This document shows positions 8,980 to 18,111 of a DNA stretch of 64,000 nucleotides, piece after piece. The translations under genes and the position numbers were made by a program. The notes below the pieces were generated by a model. The model was not told where the DNA came from, did no database searches, and worked only from the letters and a program-made list of their open reading frames with translations. The number at the start of each line of letters is the position of its first letter. Within the stretch, counting starts at the first letter, position 1. Origin of the DNA: a bacterium (GTDB taxonomy: Bacteria > Cyanobacteriota > Vampirovibrionia > Obscuribacterales > Obscuribacteraceae); assembly GCA_018062085.1 (NCBI GenBank), contig JAGOSY010000024.1:13421-77420 (forward strand). Direction: 5' to 3'.

Positions 8980-10788
8980 CTAATTGGACACCAGCTTGAC
9001 TAAGCGCCGAGCAATCTTAGCGAAGGTTTGCCGCAGCTGAGAACTGTCGGTGACTGAGTTAAAGGTACCGCCATGACCAGCAATAGCAGCCATACCACCA
9101 GTGGTTGGGTCACTATTCTTGTCATTCAAAATCTCAGTTTGATCGGGAATGATGGCAGGATTTTGCGCCAAACCAATTGTATAAACTGCCACACCAGCGT
9201 CCCGAGCTTCAACCGCAGCCATACGGGCATTGGCCTTAGGGTCTGAACTAAGGGGACCGCTAGGAACCGTGGGCTCACCATCAGTGAAAAGAACGATCGC
9301 CCTTGTGCTGCCTAAGCGCGAATGATGCTTAAGATCCTCTACCGCACTGTGAACGGCACCGCCGATATTGGTCGAGCCCATTGGCACACATTTGTCGATG
9401 GCACTATTGACCTCGGCATAAGCGGTCTTACCAGCAGCAGCGTCAATCTGCACGTGGGGAATAGGGTAACCTTTCTTCGCTCCGTACGGTGCGTAGTCAT
9501 CAATGTCATACCAAGGCTCAGTACTATTGGCATCAATGCCGACAGTTGAATCGAAGGCGACAAAACCAAAGTGAGCGTCGGCATCAGTATTTAGAATCTG
9601 AGTCATGGTATTGAGAGCACTTTGAGCATCTTTCATGGGCTTTAGCTGTTTCGCGGCTGCTTCAAAATATGCTTTTTGATAGCCCGCCCGCGGACTGACG
9701 AACACGGCAGTGTTTGCTTTACTACTTTTATAAACGCCATCAGACTCAAGATTGCCCCGAGCAGCCTCTGTCAACGTAGCAACATCAGGGAACGCAAAGC
9801 CACCGTAACTGGCACCACCAAAACTAGGTTGACCATCAATGTTTACGACCACATCGGTAAACACTTTCATACCATCAAAGGTTGGCGCTGTCCCCGGCGG
9901 GAAATTACCTGGCGCTCTGCCAGCTTCAGGATAAATACCACCAGAACGCAAACCAGGCACGCCATAATACTGAGCTAAGTATTCAGACGAATAACATTTG
10001 GCTTCCCAATAAGCTTCAGTGAGAATTTGGGGATAGCAAGCATTTAAGCTAGAACCAGTGGCTGCCGGTTTGAGAATATCAAAGATTTTGCCACGCATGA
10101 GGCCGTTGGCACCAGTGACCGGAAGATAGACATTTTTGCCACCGCCTAAAGTGGCATCCCATTTTCTTTTGACAAAAGTGACAGGAGTTTGATCGTCCAT
10201 CGAACCAGAGACATCAAAACAAATTACCATATCTAACTTGGGCACAGCACCGGTTGACATGGCATTAACATTGAGGCTTTTGATACCAACAAAATTACCA
10301 AAAGCCAAGTTACGCGTGGTGCTACTAGTGACACGCACTACTTTACCGTTAGGGCTGGTCAAGGGTTCAACCTTAGAAGTAACTGGGTTGATAAACTCAA
10401 AAAATACTCGGGCCTCATCTAGGTCACAGTTCAAACTAGCAGCCGAAGCGGCCAGAGTTGTGTTGCTCAAAGCTTGACCAAGCACAGTATTGGCTTTAAA
10501 TATCTTGACGGCCGCAGCAATGGCATCATTGTGTGCTTGCAGCGGGTCAACATTATCAGAGCTAGCTAAAGTAGCAGTACCGGCCAGAACAGCAGCATCA
10601 CTAGCGTTCTGTAGCTCTTGCTTAGCGAGATAAAGACGAGCAGCCTCAAAGGTAATAATTGAGAGCAGCGGCACAATCACTAAGAAAATGAGGATCATAA
10701 ACATTAGTAAGCTTTGGCCGCGTTGACTACGCAGATTGCAGCGACTGCGCTGCCAAAAAACTCTGTGACTGGAAGAAACTTTGTTCAT
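8980..10788 (-). CDS. TadG-like N-terminal anchor fused to a von Willebrand factor A (vWA) domain
   Basis: The N-terminus RSQRGQSLLMFMILIFLVIVPLLSII...QNASDAAVLAG is TadG/Tad_N-like. A MIDAS-type DVSGSMDD is present, with later IVLFTDGEPT and VYTIGL strands typical of vWA. Confidence 0.7.
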   Translation of the reverse strand: MNKVSSSHRVFWQRSRCNLRSQRGQSLLMFMILIFLVIVPLLSIITFEAARLYLAKQELQNASDAAVLAGTATLASSDNVDPLQAHNDAIAAAVKIFKANTVLGQALSNTTLAASAASLNCDLDEARVFFEFINPVTSKVEPLTSPNGKVVRVTSSTTRNLAFGNFVGIKSLNVNAMSTGAVPKLDMVICFDVSGSMDDQTPVTFVKRKWDATLGGGKNVYLPVTGANGLMRGKIFDILKPAATGSSLNACYPQILTEAYWEAKCYSSEYLAQYYGVPGLRSGGIYPEAGRAPGNFPPGTAPTFDGMKVFTDVVVNIDGQPSFGGASYGGFAFPDVATLTEAARGNLESDGVYKSSKANTAVFVSPRAGYQKAYFEAAAKQLKPMKDAQSALNTMTQILNTDADAHFGFVAFDSTVGIDANSTEPWYDIDDYAPYGAKKGYPIPHVQIDAAAGKTAYAEVNSAIDKCVPMGSTNIGGAVHSAVEDLKHHSRLGSTRAIVLFTDGEPTVPSGPLSSDPKANARMAAVEARDAGVAVYTIGLAQNPAIIPDQTEILNDKNSDPTTGGMAAIAGHGGTFNSVTDSSQLRQTFAKIARRLVKLVSN

Positions 10789-10797
10789 AAGAGACTC

Positions 10798-11334
10798 TTA
10801 AATTGTTAGGCCTTGGGGATTTTCACAATATTGCTTGGCTGAAAGATGCAGCGTAATCGGGGCATTGAGCCCCTCGATTTTGACTGGTATTGGTATTGGT
10901 ATCAAAGGTTGAGCAGAGCAATCAGCTGATACTTCTATTTGATAGCTATTGACACTTTGATCAGCCGGAATAGCCAAAGGCACTAACTGCGAACTAAGAG
11001 CCAGGGTATCATTTTTAGTAATCAAAATTGCAGTCTTGATATTGCTAATAGACAAACCAGAAAAACTATTCTCAACTTGCTTGATCTTGCTTAAAGCCTC
11101 TGCTTGAGCTGACGGTTTACCATCAACAGGATTGGCGAAAGTATTGGCTCTAGCAGCTGAAATGCTAGCGTAGTGAATACCAGCATATGAAAAAGTTATG
11201 CGCAAAAACACTGTAGCCAGATCTATTAGAGGAAAGGCAACAACCATTAGGACGGCCCACAAAATCATAGGCAGCTCGGCCAGCATCGAAGCACGACCAG
11301 ATCTTCTTCGCGATCTTACAAAATTGACTCTCAT
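10798..11334 (-). CDS. TadE-like protein (second copy)
   Basis: Start placed at ATG 11334 (MRVNFVRSRRRSGRASMLAELPMILWAVLMVVAFPLIDL). The longer track ORF, extending to 11448, would overlap the upstream TPR gene, whose stop is at 11336. The N-terminus is basic then hydrophobic, as in the TadE family. Confidence 0.55.
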   Translation of the reverse strand: MRVNFVRSRRRSGRASMLAELPMILWAVLMVVAFPLIDLATVFLRITFSYAGIHYASISAARANTFANPVDGKPSAQAEALSKIKQVENSFSGLSISNIKTAILITKNDTLALSSQLVPLAIPADQSVNSYQIEVSADCSAQPLIPIPIPVKIEGLNAPITLHLSAKQYCENPQGLTI

Positions 11335-11335
11335 A

Positions 11336-11965
11336 CTAGCGCTCCGTATGGCCTTGAGCTGACGAGAATTTACCTTTCTGCAGCTCTGGTACAGGCTTGA
11401 GACAGACGCGCAGCAACACCGATAGCTGCTGGCGGACGCGCTGATCACTAGACGAATTGATGCCTTTCTCGCAGGCAGCTCTAGCTTGGAGCAATTGACG
11501 TGATGACAGATAAGACTCAGCCAAGCGCACTTTCAATAGATCGTTGTTGGCATCAAGCTTCAACGCATCTTCAAATGCTTGGGCAGCATTGACAAATTGA
11601 CCAGTCTGAAAATAGCTTTCGCCCAACCAATATAAATCGTTGGCTGTAGCATTGCCTGAAGTAGCGATGCGCTGATAGAGGGGAAGAGACTGTTCAAACT
11701 GAGTTGCTTGATAGGCCTGCTGAGCTTCCGTGCGCAGACGCTCTAATTGACTGGCTGCACTAGCGCCAGGAAGAACGTAGGCGATAGCTGTAGCGGTCTC
11801 GGCTAGGGCACTGGGCACCCACAGAGTACAGACAAGCGATGTCCCTACAAGCAATGTACCTACAAGCAAAATTTTTGGATAAATCACGGTGACTCCCTTT
11901 GCGTCGAATCCACAGCAGATTCGATCGGTTCGCATGGGCTCATAATATGCGTCTATTTGTGGCAA
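11336..11965 (-). CDS. TPR protein with an N-terminal anchor or signal (TadD-like position)
   Basis: Hydrophobic ILLVGTLLVGTSLVCTLWVPSALA is followed by TPR-type pairs (YQRIATSGNATANDLYWLGESYFQTGQFVNAAQAFEDALKLD). The start is uncertain: TTG 11965 or ATG 11935. Confidence 0.5.
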   Translation of the reverse strand: MPQIDAYYEPMRTDRICCGFDAKGVTVIYPKILLVGTLLVGTSLVCTLWVPSALAETATAIAYVLPGASAASQLERLRTEAQQAYQATQFEQSLPLYQRIATSGNATANDLYWLGESYFQTGQFVNAAQAFEDALKLDANNDLLKVRLAESYLSSRQLLQARAACEKGINSSSDQRVRQQLSVLLRVCLKPVPELQKGKFSSAQGHTER

Positions 11966-12006
11966 AGTAGTGGCTAACTAGCCCAGAACACGTATAAACC
12001 GCAGAA

Positions 12007-15000
12007 CTAGACTTCAGAGGTCGCTATTTTCTTGCGCTCAATATTGAAGTATTTTGCTTCGGGATGAACCACGACAATGGCTGAGGTACTCTGTTCTGGC
12101 ACAAGTTGATACTCGGCTGAGAGGCTGACACCGATACGCTCTGGTTTAAGCAATGTAAACAGGTGAGCTTGATCCTCTAGGTTAGGGCAAGCAGGATAGC
12201 CAAAGCTATAACGGGTGCCACGATAACCTTGCTGGAAAAATTTTCGCGGGTCTGTGGCATCTAAATGAGCGAAGCCCAATTCGGCCCGCACTCTCTTGTG
12301 CAGAAGCTCAGCCAAGGCCTCAGCTGATTCAACAGCCAAACCATGAAAATACAGATACTCAGAATACTGATTGTCAGCAAAGAGAGACTGGGCATGCTCA
12401 GTGGCCCGCGCCCCCATTGTCACAATCTGAGCCGGCAATACATCATAACCAGTGCTACTTGCCGAGAAGAAATCAGAAATGCAAAAGTGGCGGCCGAACT
12501 GCTGCCGGGGAAAATCAAAGCGCAACCATTCCTCTAATTCAGGCAATTCAATACCATAACTAGTACCAGAATTAGACTCTAGACCAATCGGTTTATAAAC
12601 CACCAACTGGTTGCCATTGGAGCGGCAAGGGAAATAGCCATAAACAGCTTTAGGCTCAAGCAACTTTTGATCGATACAACGCTGCTTCAATTGAGCCAAC
12701 ATTGGTGTTATTTTCTCAGCCACCATGGCCTGATAGTGAGCGTCGGTGCTATCACCTTGACGAACACGGAACTGTCCGCGAATCAGCGCATTTTCGTTTA
12801 TGTAAGAAAAGACTTCGGCCAAGTCGAAATCACACACCGCCTTAGAGCCCCAAAATGGCGGAAGCACTGGTGTCTCATCAGCGATGTTAGAGCGAGACGA
12901 AGGCAGATCCGGTACGACGAGAGAGGTGTCTTCTTTACCAAATCTTATCTCTTCTATATCATCGTCATCATCAAGATCTTCACACTCAATAGCCGGAACC
13001 TGGGGCAAAAGCGAATGATCACCAGTGGCTATCACTTCCATAATTTTCAAATCATCAAAGGCATCTTGGCCATAATAGAGGGTGCCTTTGTAGACCTTGC
13101 GACAGTCTTCTTCCACATAACGTCTAGTTAAAGCAGCCCCACCCAAAATCACCGGCACACTAATGCCCCGCTGATTGAGAATCGAAAGATTCTCTTTCAT
13201 GATTACAGTAGATTTGACGAGCAAGCCACTCATACCAATACAGTCAGCATTATTTTGTTCAGCGGCAGAAATGATATTCTCGATGGGCTGTTTGATACCA
13301 AGATTGATCACCTTGTAGCCATTATTCGTCAAGATAATGTCCACAAGATTTTTACCAATATCGTGAACATCACCCTTAACTGTAGCCAGTACCATAGTAC
13401 CGCGGGTAGAGCCTTCTACTTTGTCCATGAATGGCTCTAAATAAGAAACAGCCGCTTTCATTGTCTCGGCAGACTGCAGCACAAAGGGGAGCTGCATTTT
13501 GCCAGAACCAAAGAGATCACCAACAACCTTCATACCATCCAGCAAAATTGTATTGATGATTTCGAGAGGCTTGTAGCGCTCCATAGCCTTTGCCAAATCA
13601 GCTTCAAGAGCGACACGATCACCGTCAATAATTCGTTGCTTTAATATCTCTTCGATGGTGGCGTCAGTCTTTCGTTCCACTTTTGCTGTGGCGCCACCAC
13701 TACCCTTCGCCTTGTAGAAGTCGAGCAAAGCAAAGAGTGGGTCATAATCAGGTGTGCGCTGATCAAATATTAGCTTGTGATGAAAGTCGCGCTCTGCCTC
13801 GTCTATTTTATAGAGCGGCAAGATTTTTTGGGCATTGACGATGGCCATATCGAGGCCATACTGAACGGCATGATGCAAGAATACAGAATTTAAGATACGG
13901 CGAATGCGTGGGTCCATGCCAAAGCTAATATTACTGACGCCTAGAATGGTCTTCACGCCAGGCAAATGTTCTTTGATAAGCTTGATTCCTTCAAGGGTCT
14001 CCAAGCCAAGGCGACGGTCATCTTCGTTGCCCGTAGAAAGAGTAAAAGTAAGAGCATCAAATATGAGGTCATAGGGCGCTAACCCCTGACTGCAAGCTAA
14101 ATCATAAATGCGCTTAGCAATCTCGAGCTTTTTGTCGGCGCTCTTGGCCATACCCGCTTCATCAATGGTGAGAGCAACAGCAGCAGCGCCATAGCGCTTA
14201 ATCAATGCTACTTTCTCGAGCATCTTGCTCTCGCCGTCTTCTAGATTGATAGAATTGACGATTGGTTTACCAGCCACCAAAGCCAGCGAGGCTTCAAGCA
14301 CAGCGTACTCAGTGCTATCGATCATGATCGGAATTTGCAATTCAGTATTAAGGCGCTTTATAAATTTGCTCATATCGGCCACTTCATCGCGGCCAACATA
14401 GGCAGTGCAAACATCAAGAATGTGAGCACCCTCGCGCTCTTGCTCTCGGGCCATGGCCACCATGCCATCAATCTGCTCCGCTTGCAAAAGATCTTTGAAC
14501 TTCTTACTGCCATTAGTATTTGTGCGCTCGCCAACAATCAGGGGTGGCTGGTCAAGATCGAACGCTACCGATGTATAGATACTAGCTGCCGAGGGAACGA
14601 AGACCGCTTGGCGCTTCTTCGGCTCAACCTCACCAATCTTATTGACCACAGCCGCTAAGTGAGCAGGAGTGGTACCGCAGCAACCACCAACAATATTGAC
14701 GCCTTGGTCGTGGACAAAGTTATACAACGACTCGGCTAACTGATCAGGGGTTAGCTTGTAGACTGTTTCGCCATTAACATTTTCAGGCAAACCAGCATTA
14801 GGCAATACCGACACTGCCCGCGGTGCATTTTGGCAGAGATACTGCACTGGGTCAATCATCTCACGCGGGCCAGTGGCGCAGTTAATACCAATAACGTCAA
14901 CTGGATAGCTCATCAAAGTAGTAAGAGCGGCAGAGATATCAGTGCCAACGAGCATAGTACCAAGAGGGGGTGCTTCTAGGGTAACTTGAGTAATGATAGG

Positions 15001-15543
15001 AACACGTCGGCCCAATTGGCGCAAATAATCTTCTATGGCAATCACTGCGGCTTTAGCCTGAAGCAAGTCTTGCCCGGTTTCAAACTGCAATACGTCGACG
15101 CCGCCATCAACTAAACCACGTACTTGTTCAAAATAAGAAGCGCGCATTTGCTCGAAAGATATATGCCCCAATGAAGGAATTTTTGTAGTTGGGCCAATGG
15201 AGCCAGAAACAAATCGAGGCTTGCTGTCGCTATATGCCAGAGCCACTTCTTTAGCTAGACTTGCAGCCCTCTTGTTCAGCTCATAGGTGCGATCGGCCAA
15301 GCCAAATTCAGCAAGAACTATGCTAGACCCGCCAAAGGTGCAGGTTTCAACCACATCGCAGCCAACTTTGAAAAACGATTCGTGAATTTCAGAAATGACA
15401 TCTGGGCGGCTAGAAACCAATATTTCAGGACAGTTTTCGCAGCCTTCATAGTCATCGATCGTGAGGTCATAAGTATGAACTGATGTGCCCATGGCGCCAT
15501 CAAATATCAATACTTTTCCCCTTAGGGCCTGCAAAAAATCCAA
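12007..15543 (-). CDS. metH: Cobalamin-dependent methionine synthase
   Basis: 1178 aa with all modules. Hcy domain: INCATGP, VGGCCGTTPAH. Pterin-binding domain present. B12 domain: GDVHDIGKN, MSGLL, ILGGAALT. AdoMet-reactivation domain: GYPACPNLEDQ. TTG start with GAGGT 7 nt upstream. Confidence 0.97.
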   Translation of the reverse strand: MDFLQALRGKVLIFDGAMGTSVHTYDLTIDDYEGCENCPEILVSSRPDVISEIHESFFKVGCDVVETCTFGGSSIVLAEFGLADRTYELNKRAASLAKEVALAYSDSKPRFVSGSIGPTTKIPSLGHISFEQMRASYFEQVRGLVDGGVDVLQFETGQDLLQAKAAVIAIEDYLRQLGRRVPIITQVTLEAPPLGTMLVGTDISAALTTLMSYPVDVIGINCATGPREMIDPVQYLCQNAPRAVSVLPNAGLPENVNGETVYKLTPDQLAESLYNFVHDQGVNIVGGCCGTTPAHLAAVVNKIGEVEPKKRQAVFVPSAASIYTSVAFDLDQPPLIVGERTNTNGSKKFKDLLQAEQIDGMVAMAREQEREGAHILDVCTAYVGRDEVADMSKFIKRLNTELQIPIMIDSTEYAVLEASLALVAGKPIVNSINLEDGESKMLEKVALIKRYGAAAVALTIDEAGMAKSADKKLEIAKRIYDLACSQGLAPYDLIFDALTFTLSTGNEDDRRLGLETLEGIKLIKEHLPGVKTILGVSNISFGMDPRIRRILNSVFLHHAVQYGLDMAIVNAQKILPLYKIDEAERDFHHKLIFDQRTPDYDPLFALLDFYKAKGSGGATAKVERKTDATIEEILKQRIIDGDRVALEADLAKAMERYKPLEIINTILLDGMKVVGDLFGSGKMQLPFVLQSAETMKAAVSYLEPFMDKVEGSTRGTMVLATVKGDVHDIGKNLVDIILTNNGYKVINLGIKQPIENIISAAEQNNADCIGMSGLLVKSTVIMKENLSILNQRGISVPVILGGAALTRRYVEEDCRKVYKGTLYYGQDAFDDLKIMEVIATGDHSLLPQVPAIECEDLDDDDDIEEIRFGKEDTSLVVPDLPSSRSNIADETPVLPPFWGSKAVCDFDLAEVFSYINENALIRGQFRVRQGDSTDAHYQAMVAEKITPMLAQLKQRCIDQKLLEPKAVYGYFPCRSNGNQLVVYKPIGLESNSGTSYGIELPELEEWLRFDFPRQQFGRHFCISDFFSASSTGYDVLPAQIVTMGARATEHAQSLFADNQYSEYLYFHGLAVESAEALAELLHKRVRAELGFAHLDATDPRKFFQQGYRGTRYSFGYPACPNLEDQAHLFTLLKPERIGVSLSAEYQLVPEQSTSAIVVVHPEAKYFNIERKKIATSEV

Positions 15544-15563
15544 CGTACTACCTCAAGAACCAA

Positions 15564-16484
15564 TTAGTGAGCAGGCATAAAGCCCATTGCTTTGACGCTT
15601 TTTTGCCCATCCTCAGCAAGACAGAAGCTGACAAACTTACCAACACGCTCTTCATTTGCTTGATTGTAGTAGACATACAAAGGCCGAGAGAGCGGATAGT
15701 CGCTGCCAGACAAAACGCCACCCTGAGCTGATTCTGGCGACTTCTCCGTGAGCTTTAGCTTCAATACTTTGACTTTATCTGTAGCCCTTGCTGCTTGCGC
15801 CATGCCGACAAAACCAATTGCCAGCCGATTTCCCATAACCGCTCCAATCAAGGCCTCAGAGGAGGGCATTACTTTGACAACTGGGGCATACGGCTTTGAA
15901 GAAAGAACGTGCTCTTGGAAGTAGTCAGAGGTACCGCTAGTCGATTCTCTCCCAAAGGCTCGAATCGGCTCTGCAGCCAAGTCCTTCCGCAACTGCTTCC
16001 ATGTGACAATTTCGCCAAGATAGATTTTCGCCAAGTCGACTAGGTCAATCTCTACTATCGTATTCTGCGGATTAACTACAACTGCAATAGCGTCACGAGC
16101 CACCATCAAGCGCTTGAGGTGTACTCCTTTGCTATGAGCAGCCTTATGCTCTTCCTCTGTAATTTCGCGAGAAGCAGCAGCCAAATCAATTTTGCCAGTG
16201 AGCAAATCATCAATACCAATACCAGTATCACCATCTTTAACTGCAATCTGCAACCCCGGCTTGCTGGCCATATAGTCATTGGCCCATTTATGCATCAGGC
16301 TCTCCATCGTATCTGAGCCTTGAACAACAATAGACGCGCCATCTTTTGCGCCAGGAAGGATTTGCCCTAAACTCGACTTAGGAGCGGAGCTGCAACTAGT
16401 TAAAACAAAGCTTATGCCGCAGGCGACAGCCAGTAGAGCCTTATCGCAGTATAAAAATCGGGGATGCCAGTTGATAATTTTCAT
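15564..16484 (-). CDS. PstS-family periplasmic substrate-binding protein (phosphate-binding-protein fold)
   Basis: Lipoprotein-like N-terminus LAVACGISFVLTSCSS, then VQGSDTMESLMHKWANDYM...DGDTGIGIDDLLTGKIDLAAASREIT typical of PBP-like_2/PstS. GGAGTG RBS. No pstCAB genes nearby. Confidence 0.7.
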   Translation of the reverse strand: MKIINWHPRFLYCDKALLAVACGISFVLTSCSSAPKSSLGQILPGAKDGASIVVQGSDTMESLMHKWANDYMASKPGLQIAVKDGDTGIGIDDLLTGKIDLAAASREITEEEHKAAHSKGVHLKRLMVARDAIAVVVNPQNTIVEIDLVDLAKIYLGEIVTWKQLRKDLAAEPIRAFGRESTSGTSDYFQEHVLSSKPYAPVVKVMPSSEALIGAVMGNRLAIGFVGMAQAARATDKVKVLKLKLTEKSPESAQGGVLSGSDYPLSRPLYVYYNQANEERVGKFVSFCLAEDGQKSVKAMGFMPAH

Positions 16485-16581
16485 ACATCACTCCGTCGAA
16501 TTTGAGCCTCTATTTTCAGCCCTAGGAGATTGATATAACAGCAAAAAGGGCTCAATATTTACCTTTCTAGGTGACTTATCT

Positions 16582-18111
16582 CTAATGCAGCACTGTCAAA
16601 TCAGCAAGAAGCTCACGGGCCGAAGCATAGCGCTGATCGAGAGCAAGGGCAGTGGCACGAGCCACAATGGCATCTAAGTCAGGCGAAATTTTAACCCGGT
16701 CGCAAGGATGGGAGCATGTTAGCGGTTCTGGCTCTTCTGCGGTAAGGAGAAAATAGAGAGTGGCGCCAAGGGCATAAATATCGCTCGGAGCACAAGGCTT
16801 GCCCCGAAACTGCTCCGGCGGTATATAGGCGTGTTTACCGACTACAGTAGCACCAGTGGCATTCTCCAACTGCCTGGCCACGTTGAAATCGACCACTTTA
16901 ATCTCACCAGCCAAATCGAGCATAATATTGTCAGGGGTAAGGTCGCGATGAATCACTGGTGGATAACATTCGTGCAAATAAATCAGCACCTGACAGAGCT
17001 TGGCAGCAACCTCACGCACAAATTTCTCAGACTGCGATCCTTCATTCTGCACCAACTCTTTAAGCGACAAACCGTCCACGAACTCAAGAACTAAGTAACC
17101 GCGATAGTCTTCGACAAAGCAATCGAGAAGCTTGACCACACCAGGATGATCAAGTCGATTAAGAATATCTGACTCATGCTTGAGCTTGGCGGACAAACGC
17201 TCTAATACAGCACTGCCTTGATAAACAGGCATGATATATTCCTTTAATACGACATCGGCGCCAGCGCAAGCAACATCATTGTCACAAGCTAAGTATGCAT
17301 TGCCTTGGCCACCACCCCCCAATACTCCAACCACAGTGTATCGACCACCTTTGAGGGCGATACCAGAAGAGAGAAGTCCATCGCGTTGGCGAATATTGGC
17401 AGTAGAAAATTGATGCAACCACAATTCGGTAAATTGAGCAGAACCGACTCCCTTATCTTGCTCGGGACCTAACTGACAGAAAGTATGTGGTGCCCATGTA
17501 CGCACGGCATTGAGGAACGATGCCCGAGAATTATCCATCAACAAATCGTCGTAGCGCAAAATATAACTTGCACCCAACGCAGTTTTAATTACTAAGTGCA
17601 ACTCTTTATCTGGCGTAAAACGATTCAAGTGCTTCAGCTCAATTTTATCTACAGATGACCAAGGTATAACAATCTCGGCAAAAAGCTCATCGGTTAGCTC
17701 CATACGCAGCACCATATTTGATGGCAGTACTTTCAGCCTCTTCGGCTTCTCCAAAATCCACAACCCTAGAGTAACAAGCACAAGCAGGCTAGTTATAGTG
17801 AGCACCGCAGGCAGGCAAGCGCCCAGTACCACTGGTCCAAACCACGACGAGCCCATTCGATCAGGAGACGAACAAATATTATAAGTGCAATAAAATACCA
17901 AAATCGCCAGAAAGGCCAAATTTGTTTTGAGAAAAGTACCAAAGAATACTGAATGTTGATCTAACCTTCGATAAATACGCAAAGCCGCCAGACGTAAACA
18001 AATTTCAGCATTAGCGCTACCAGCAAAAGATGACACTTCAGTACCACCAGAGCTGTTCACAAAAGAACCAACCTCGGCCATCACTCTTTTTACTTTAGAA
18101 CGATTGGTCAT
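16582..18111 (-). CDS. Membrane-anchored Hanks-type Ser/Thr protein kinase (downstream copy of a tandem pair)
   Basis: N-terminal TM segments. The C-terminal kinase has GGGGQGNAYLA, VVLKEY, HRDLTPDNIML, VDFNVARQ (DFG replaced by DFN) and YIPPEQFRG. Its ATG overlaps the upstream stop as ATGA. Confidence 0.8.
   Translation of the reverse strand: MTNRSKVKRVMAEVGSFVNSSGGTEVSSFAGSANAEICLRLAALRIYRRLDQHSVFFGTFLKTNLAFLAILVFYCTYNICSSPDRMGSSWFGPVVLGACLPAVLTITSLLVLVTLGLWILEKPKRLKVLPSNMVLRMELTDELFAEIVIPWSSVDKIELKHLNRFTPDKELHLVIKTALGASYILRYDDLLMDNSRASFLNAVRTWAPHTFCQLGPEQDKGVGSAQFTELWLHQFSTANIRQRDGLLSSGIALKGGRYTVVGVLGGGGQGNAYLACDNDVACAGADVVLKEYIMPVYQGSAVLERLSAKLKHESDILNRLDHPGVVKLLDCFVEDYRGYLVLEFVDGLSLKELVQNEGSQSEKFVREVAAKLCQVLIYLHECYPPVIHRDLTPDNIMLDLAGEIKVVDFNVARQLENATGATVVGKHAYIPPEQFRGKPCAPSDIYALGATLYFLLTAEEPEPLTCSHPCDRVKISPDLDAIVARATALALDQRYASARELLADLTVLH

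Noticed and set aside
11335-11448. Upstream extension of the second TadE-like ORF (track 10798..11448)
   Set aside because: It would overlap the preceding TPR gene by 113 nt. The internal ATG 11334 sits 1 nt after that gene's stop and yields the expected basic-then-hydrophobic TadE N-terminus.
12667-13131. Antisense or shadow ORFs inside strong genes. Examples: 286..604 in lepA, 1061..1378, 4333..4734, 12667..13131 in metH, 34268..34792, 36781..37155, 44865..45296, 46081..46518 in atpD, 54000..54734 in ALDH, 60117..60401 in ftsH.
   Set aside because: Each lies wholly within a gene on the other strand or frame that has clear family motifs. Their translations are low-complexity (Ser/Arg/Pro-rich) with no recognisable motifs.
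16510-16545. Pho box upstream of the PstS-like gene
   Set aside because: On the minus strand only one half-site resembles the consensus (CTGTTAT versus CTGTCAT). The second repeat at the required spacing does not match.
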